DNA from: a virus | Taxonomy: Duplodnaviria > Caudoviricetes | Reading direction: 5' to 3' (one strand) | DNA length: 64,000 nt | IMG/VR virus record: IMGVR_UViG_3300014039_000028 | Coordinates: 14,387-78,386 of that record | Shown: positions 58,247-64,000 of the stretch, piece after piece | How positions within the stretch are numbered: position 1 is the first letter of the stretch | How the letters are laid out: each line of letters begins with the position of its first letter | Notes under the pieces: model-generated | Seen by the model: only the letters and a program-made list of their open reading frames with translations | What the model was told of the DNA's origin: nothing | Database searches by the model: none | Made by a program: the position numbers and the translations under genes

Positions 58247-58570
58247 GTGGAGGTAAAAGTGGAACAGGAAAGAGATTTCAAGGGTGTATGGATTCCCAAG
58301 GTCATTTGGCTCGATGTGCGGTTAAGTGCGCTTGATAAGCTTATCCTTTCAGGAATTGCCTGCATTTGCGCCGTCGATGAATACGATTGTTTTGCCAGCA
58401 ATAAGGCAATCGCGGACTTTTGCGGGTGCAGCGAATCCAAGGTAACAAAATCAATATCCCTACTTGCCAGTATCGGTTATTTGCAAATCAAGTCCTTTGA
58501 CGGCAGGGAGCGAAAAATGAATATACCTCCCCAATATGCAACGCTATGGAGGAACTACCAAAATGGCTGA
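58247..58570 (+). CDS. Stand-alone initiator HTH domain (type 3)
   Basis: RDFKGVWIPKVIWLD...CFASNKAIADFCGCSESKVTKSISLL; 107 aa. Confidence 0.7.
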   Translation: MEVKVEQERDFKGVWIPKVIWLDVRLSALDKLILSGIACICAVDEYDCFASNKAIADFCGCSESKVTKSISLLASIGYLQIKSFDGRERKMNIPPQYATLWRNYQNG

Positions 58571-59453
58571 AAAAAGATTCTTTTGGCTTAAATTGCAGGA
58601 AGATTTCTTCAAAAGCAAGCGCATAAAAAAACTCAGGAGAATCGCCGGGGGCGACACCTACACGATCATCTACCTCAAGATGCAGCTTATGGCAATAAAA
58701 AACGGTGGGTGTCTGGAATACACAGGGCTGGAAAGTTCTTTCGCAAGGGAACTGGCGCTTGACATCGACGAAGACCCAGAAAACGTGGCGATAACAGTCA
58801 ACTTTCTGCTTTCGTGCGGCCTGATGGAAACAAGCGATAACGCCGAATATTTTCTCCCCTACGCCGTGCTGAACACCGGCAGCGAAAGCAGCTCGGCACA
58901 GCGGGTCAGAGATTATCGGGAACGGAAAATGTTACAGAAAGATAACAGAGCGTTACCTTGTAACACCGATGTAACAAAGTGTAACACAGAGAAAGAGATA
59001 GAGTTAGATAAAGAGATAGATAGAGAGATAAATATATATAATAACTCTCAAAAAGAAAGTAAACCAAAGAAAAAGTTCTCTTCCGACGATGGCGATGCTC
59101 CACCAGATGTCAGCCCCGCAAGCGGCACTGACGCGCGCCCCCAAAAGGAAGAGAAAGTTTTCGACGCAGACAGCGACGCCTATAAGGCCGCAGCATACCT
59201 CGCTCAGAAAATCGAGAAGAACTATCCAAACGTGAAACCACCAACCGAAAAGGATAAACAGCGCTGGGCGGCAGACTTTGACAAGTGTAACCGCATAGAC
59301 GGCTACGATTGGTGGGACATCTCCGATGTTCTCCGTTTTTCACAACAGAGTCCTTTCTGGCGGAAGAATATCCTCTCAGGGAAGAAATTCAGGGAAAAGT
59401 ACGAACGGCTGCTGATTGAAATGACGGAGGAGAATCGCAAGAATGGCAAGTGA
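58563..59453 (+). CDS. Phage replisome organizer / replication initiator
   Basis: KRFFWLKLQEDFF..KRIKKLRRIAGGDTYTIIYLK; C-terminal FWRKNILSGKKFREKY. Confidence 0.9.
   Translation: MAEKRFFWLKLQEDFFKSKRIKKLRRIAGGDTYTIIYLKMQLMAIKNGGCLEYTGLESSFARELALDIDEDPENVAITVNFLLSCGLMETSDNAEYFLPYAVLNTGSESSSAQRVRDYRERKMLQKDNRALPCNTDVTKCNTEKEIELDKEIDREINIYNNSQKESKPKKKFSSDDGDAPPDVSPASGTDARPQKEEKVFDADSDAYKAAAYLAQKIEKNYPNVKPPTEKDKQRWAADFDKCNRIDGYDWWDISDVLRFSQQSPFWRKNILSGKKFREKYERLLIEMTEENRKNGK
58931..59045. repeat. Putative replication origin iterons inside the initiator gene
   Basis: Repeated GTAACA/GTTAC, then AGATA repeats and an AT-rich tract. Confidence 0.6.
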
Positions 59454-60759
59454 TGATAAAGAGCTTCTGTATGCGATTTCGTATAACCAGAACGCAGAAC
59501 TATCCGTAACCGGTGCTTACCTCATTGACCCCCACTACCTGAACCGTGTCGCGGGGACGCTACAAGCGGAGGACTTTATGAATCCCCTCTGTGCAAAGCT
59601 GTACACCGCCGCAACAAAGGCATTTAGGGAGGGCAAGATTCTTGACCCTGTAATGGCGCGGGACGTGATTCTCCACGACACGCCCGACCCCGACGCCTTT
59701 CTTGTCAACTGCATGAACATGTGCCCGTCAGTTTCCGCTGCGGAAGATCACGCCGAGTACATACACGCTCAAGCAAAGGAACGGCGGCTTCGATCGAGGA
59801 TAGACGAAGCCCTCACCTCCCAGTCAGGGGATGGCCTTGCCGTGGAAATCGCCGGGATATGTCAGGACTACATAAGCGGCAAGCTCGGACGGAGCCACAC
59901 CATGGCGCAGACGCTGAACAAGCTCATGGATTCCCTGTCGGCTCCCCCGGCAAACCGAGTTGAAACCGGCTTCACAAGAGTGGATGCTCTGCTTAAAGGC
60001 ATGAGAGCTGGAAACCTTGTGATAGTGGCAGCTCGACCGGCAGCGGGCAAGAGTATTTGGGCACAATGCGTAGCCATGAATGTGGCGAGAACCGGAAAGT
60101 CCGTGCTGCTCTACTCGCTCGAAATGAGCGACGAGGAGTTGGGCGAACGCATCATCTCCGGAGCATCCGGGGTACAGCTCGACAGAATCACCGATCACGA
60201 CCTCGACGAGCAGGCTTGGAAACGGCTCTCGGATGCGTGCCAATATCTGTACGACCTGCCGCTCATAATCAACGACGATCCCGGTGTTACCACCAGCAAG
60301 ATACGCGCCGAGGCTCGAACAACGAAAAACTTGGGGCTGATAATAATCGACTTCATGACGCTGATGAAGAGCGAGGGCAAATATGACAGCCGAAACCTTG
60401 AGGTTGGGGCGATAAGCCGAGAACTGAAGCTTTTGGCGATGGAGCTTAACATCCCCATCATCGTCATTTCACAGCTCAACCGAAGCGTTTCTGACACGGA
60501 CAGACCTACTCTGGCGGCACTCCGTGACAGCGGTGAGCTTGAGCAGAACGCCAACAAGGTCATTTTCCTGTGGAACATTGACGTCGAGCAGGGCATAAAG
60601 GGCATCGCCGTAGCGAAGAACCGTCAAGGCCGATGCGGAGCCGTGCAAATGCGGTTCATAGGCGATCAGATGCGTTTCGTGGAAATGCGAGCCGACGAGG
60701 AGGTTTGGTCAAAGACCACTCCCCCTCGCCGTCGTGGAAAATGGGAGGATGACGACTGA
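59443..60759 (+). CDS. dnaB: Replicative DNA helicase
   Basis: VAARPAAGKS (Walker A), YSLEMS, IIIDFMTL, SQLNR, LRDSGELEQNA, KNRQG. Confidence 0.95.
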   Translation: MASDDKELLYAISYNQNAELSVTGAYLIDPHYLNRVAGTLQAEDFMNPLCAKLYTAATKAFREGKILDPVMARDVILHDTPDPDAFLVNCMNMCPSVSAAEDHAEYIHAQAKERRLRSRIDEALTSQSGDGLAVEIAGICQDYISGKLGRSHTMAQTLNKLMDSLSAPPANRVETGFTRVDALLKGMRAGNLVIVAARPAAGKSIWAQCVAMNVARTGKSVLLYSLEMSDEELGERIISGASGVQLDRITDHDLDEQAWKRLSDACQYLYDLPLIINDDPGVTTSKIRAEARTTKNLGLIIIDFMTLMKSEGKYDSRNLEVGAISRELKLLAMELNIPIIVISQLNRSVSDTDRPTLAALRDSGELEQNANKVIFLWNIDVEQGIKGIAVAKNRQGRCGAVQMRFIGDQMRFVEMRADEEVWSKTTPPRRRGKWEDDD

Positions 60760-60900
60760 TGGTTTTGATACCGGATGACCCCATAGTGCGCAGTATGGAG
60801 CGCACAGGATATCCGCCGTGGATGCAGGACGATATCTGCGGCAACGATGATAACGAGAAAATCGAAGGCTGGCCAGAAAACTGGCATGAGGAGGAGAAGA

Positions 60901-61311
60901 ATGAAGATCACACTTGATCCCGGTGCTTATGTGCCTGTGAGAGCACATGCCACCGATGCGGGGCTTGACCTCAAGTCCCCGAAGCTTGTATACATACCGC
61001 CCTATTCCAGCGTTGTGATAGATACCGGCATCCACGTTGAGATACCAGAGGGCTACGCCGGGATGCTCAAGAGCAAGAGCGGGCTCAACATCAAGCATGA
61101 CATCACCAGCGACGGGGTCGTGGACTGCGGATTCACTGGAAGCATACAGGTGAAACTCTACAACCACGGCAGCCACGGCTACGAAGTTAAGAACGGCGAC
61201 AAGATTACACAGTTGGTTCTTACGCCAATCATCACCCCGGCAATCGAGCTTGTGGATGAGCTCAAGGACACCGAGCGTGGAAGCAAAGGCTTCGGGAGCA
61301 GCGGACGATGA
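60901..61311 (+). CDS. dut: dUTPase
   Basis: AGLDL, KSKSGL, GVVDCGFTG, GDKITQL, RGSKGFGSSG. Confidence 0.93.
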   Translation: MKITLDPGAYVPVRAHATDAGLDLKSPKLVYIPPYSSVVIDTGIHVEIPEGYAGMLKSKSGLNIKHDITSDGVVDCGFTGSIQVKLYNHGSHGYEVKNGDKITQLVLTPIITPAIELVDELKDTERGSKGFGSSGR

Positions 61312-61929
61312 GTGTTTACGATATTTGCATAGCGACCGCGGTTCTCGTATTTGTGATGCTGGCGATTATGACCATCTACGTCAGCATCGTTCAAGAACAC
61401 CTTGCGAAGATGAAAGAGCTTGTTGAAGAGTCCGCTTGGGCTGACAAAGAAAAGGTCGAAGCCCTCGACGAGAGAAAGTATACCCCACGCAAGCCCGAAC
61501 ACCTCGCGCCGGTCGACGCTGACTTTTTCATTATGCCCGACGGGACGAAAATTCACAGAACGAGCACCACGAAGAGACGCAGATAGCCGTCAGAGGTCAC
61601 AGGAAGCCGTACAACAGCGTTTCGGGCGCTCGGTAATGAATTTACATGTCCAAAGTCCAAACGCTGTCAAAGCGGTCACAAGCGGCCTTTAACGCAAAGG
61701 GAGGAATGCGATGGTTGAAACAGAATACCCACCTCGGTGCTCAATGCGGATGTTCGAGGGAGTGAGGACACAATACCCTCTTTTCCGAGAGAATGGCCGT
61801 GCCCTGTACTGGACAATCGAACATCACGCGGAGGTAAGCCTTGGGGACTATGAGGTAGTGAAGAAAGGCAAAAGCTATTATTTCCAGCAGCTTGGCAAGG
61901 CTGTTGAGTTTTTCAATCAGGAGGGATAA
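61308..61929 (+). other. Two small hypothetical genes (61308-61586 with TM; 61711-61929)
   Basis: ORF track. Confidence 0.45.
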
Positions 61930-62119
61930 ACAACGCTCAGAGTAACTGATGACTTTGAAATACTGATACAAGGCGGGTCAAATGACCTTCTTACACAGTA
62001 CGGCACTCTGACCGCAAACATGTACAGGAGTTTCATCGAAAACGATGTAGGCGAGCCAGCAGAAGTCATGTTGATGCTGACAAAGGCGCTTGTAGCGGGC
62101 ATAGAAGCTGCGCAGAAAG

Positions 62120-62482
62120 GTGGCGAAGCCGATGGAGATTAAGGACAGCGGCGAAAGAACAGAGTTTGGAACCGGCGCTGTGCGCGATATGCACACCGGG
62201 AAAGGTAAAATGGATCTTCTGCCTTGGGCGGCAATCATGGAAGTCTCCAAGCACTGTGAACAGGGAGCTTTGAAATATGGCGAGCACAATGTTGATCGAG
62301 GCATCCCCCTTTCATCGCTTTGTGATTCTGGGGCAAGACACCTTGCCAAGTTCTTCGACGGTTGGGATGACGAGCCGCATCTTACCGCCGCCGTTTGGAA
62401 TCTCCTATGGGCGCTGGAAATGAAACTCAAGCGTCCGGATATGTGCGATATACCTTGGAGGGCTGAAAATGATAAAAATTGA
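62120..62482 (+). CDS. dATP/dGTP diphosphohydrolase domain protein (DUF5664-like)
   Basis: FGTGAVRD...GKMDLLP...GALKYGEHN...HLTAAVWN. Confidence 0.8.
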   Translation: MAKPMEIKDSGERTEFGTGAVRDMHTGKGKMDLLPWAAIMEVSKHCEQGALKYGEHNVDRGIPLSSLCDSGARHLAKFFDGWDDEPHLTAAVWNLLWALEMKLKRPDMCDIPWRAENDKN

Positions 62483-63182
62483 GAACGATGAAATCTACGG
62501 TTGGAGAGCGGCCATCCGCGGAATGAGAAATCCTAAGAACTCATGGGAAAAGAGCGACAGCGAATTTGACAGGAAAGTAAGCACCTATTTCGATGAGAAC
62601 GATGTGCCGTGTATAGACTTCAGAAAGTTCGTCATAGGTCCGGACGACTTGAAGCTTATGGTCAAGCTTTGCAACGCCGGTACAGACCACGGGAAATTCA
62701 TGCGCATGATTACTGTCACCGCAGACATCACCGCGCCGCTGTATTGGTGGAAAGAGTATGATACATACAAGGTCGGCACAGTTGCCAACTCGTGTTCCAC
62801 CATGCACACGATAACTGACAAGGAGTTTGAACTTGACGATTTCAGCCATGAGCATCTGATCGACTCGCCTTTGGTTGAGGAAAAGCCGGGGCAGCCTGCC
62901 TTACTGAATATGCAAGCGCGGGAGATATTAGTAGTTCTCGTCAATGTCCTGAACGCCGCCAGATTCAACTACCTCAAGACGAAAGATAAGAGATACTGGT
63001 GGCAGATAATCCAGCTTCTTCCGAGCAGCTATAACCAGCGGCGAACGGTGCAGCTCAACTATGCGGTACTGCGGAACATGTATCATGCACGAAAGGGACA
63101 TAAGCTCGATGAGTGGAGGGACTTCTGCGCATGGATGGAGACACTTCCCTACTCAAGGCTTATAACTTGGGATTTGACATGA
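62469..63182 (+). CDS. ThyX-like (flavin-dependent thymidylate synthase-like) phage protein
   Basis: HGKFMRMI...APLYWWKEYDTYKVGTVANSCSTMH...RKGHKLDEW. Confidence 0.6.
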   Translation: MIKIENDEIYGWRAAIRGMRNPKNSWEKSDSEFDRKVSTYFDENDVPCIDFRKFVIGPDDLKLMVKLCNAGTDHGKFMRMITVTADITAPLYWWKEYDTYKVGTVANSCSTMHTITDKEFELDDFSHEHLIDSPLVEEKPGQPALLNMQAREILVVLVNVLNAARFNYLKTKDKRYWWQIIQLLPSSYNQRRTVQLNYAVLRNMYHARKGHKLDEWRDFCAWMETLPYSRLITWDLT

Positions 63183-63775
63183 GATACGACAGTCTTGAGG
63201 ATATGCCCCCGGCGCTGCGGCAGCGTGTGGAAAGTCAGCTTGCGAGAGATCGCGCTGCCCAAACCAAGAGGCGGCTTGCGTCAGGTTTTGCCGAGGCAAG
63301 CAAGAGTGCAGGGGCAGCTCTTGAAAAAGACGCGGACGCTTTTCGCCGACTTAGTCAAGATATGGCAGCAAACTGGCAGGAGAAAAAGCCCAAGAGGAAG
63401 TACAACAATCAGCCGACTGAGCGTCTTTTGCCAAATGGCGAGTGCATCAAGTTTGGAAGCAAAACCGAGGCAGCGTATTATGACGAGTTGGTCTTGCGGG
63501 AAAAGCTTGGTCAGGTGCGAAAAATTCGCTTGCAGGTGGAATACCTGCTGAAACCGGCATACACGGACGGCGAGACCGGGGAGCGTATACCGCGAATAGC
63601 ATACTTCGCGGACTTCGTTTTCGAGGAACTTCGCGAGGATGGGAACTGGACGACCCGTATCGTGGACACCAAGGGCGGCGGACGGAAGGGCACCAGCACC
63701 AAAACCTTTGCCATAAAACGCAAGCTCATGGCAGACAAGGGCTACTTCATCGACACGATCGAGCGACGGAGGTGA
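63179..63775 (+). CDS. DUF1064-family PD-(D/E)XK nuclease-like protein
   Basis: FGSKTEAAYY...LQVEY...YFADFVF...VDTKG...FAIKRKL. Confidence 0.8.
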   Translation: MRYDSLEDMPPALRQRVESQLARDRAAQTKRRLASGFAEASKSAGAALEKDADAFRRLSQDMAANWQEKKPKRKYNNQPTERLLPNGECIKFGSKTEAAYYDELVLREKLGQVRKIRLQVEYLLKPAYTDGETGERIPRIAYFADFVFEELREDGNWTTRIVDTKGGGRKGTSTKTFAIKRKLMADKGYFIDTIERRR

Positions 63776-64000
63776 TTTTGTGACACCGGAAGAGTACACG
63801 GCATGTAAGCGCCGAGAGTACATGCGCAAGTATCAAGCCGAGTATTGGCGCAAAAATTCCGATAAAATCAAAACTCAACGCAGAAAACGACGGGATAAAA
63901 GGATTGGTGACGAAGAAAAAGTTTAGACTCTGTTGCCAAAGTTCCGTTTCCGTCATATCATACAAGAGAACATAGAAAATTTCAGGCAGAGTGCTCAAGA

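Noticed and set aside
62120-62482. Z-base (diaminopurine) genome system
   Set aside because: No PurZ-like synthetase in the window; DUF5664 alone is insufficient
1-64000. Host chromosomal flank or prophage boundary
   Set aside because: No housekeeping genes, and attP has phage genes on both sides

Overview
The whole window is phage sequence. It is part of a large temperate tailed phage (siphovirus-like) of a gut Firmicute, probably Clostridia/Oscillospiraceae (host assignment is inference). It appears in the non-integrated form: an intact attP (3' half of tRNA-Thr(CGT)) sits beside the integrase with phage genes on both sides. Layout: tail and lysis genes (1-13.7 kb); a second tyrosine recombinase with two RHH/antisense-RNA/antirepressor cassettes (13.8-17.3 kb); a moron/TA island (17.4-19.7 kb); a leftward early operon (19.7-24.9 kb); a GC-rich block of small genes resembling a leading region (25-31 kb); a 1.3 kb non-coding convergence zone (30.9-32.2 kb); a leftward operon with three DNA methyltransferases (32.2-43.1 kb); a sigma-factor operon (43.4-47.6 kb); attP, integrase, a type III CptIN TA and the cI/cro switch (47.8-52 kb); recombination, replication and nucleotide genes (52-64 kb). 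Head and packaging genes are not in the window. Most striking observations: (i) a circularly permuted C5 methyltransferase gene that encodes, on the same strand, an intact HNH endonuclease and an EcoHK31I-type beta subunit in its two other reading frames; (ii) three operon-leading promoter-like motifs with TTGACA and a -10-like hexamer only 7 bp apart; (iii) three stand-alone initiator winged-helix domains stacked before the real initiator; (iv) several unannotated micro-ORF and sRNA modules.
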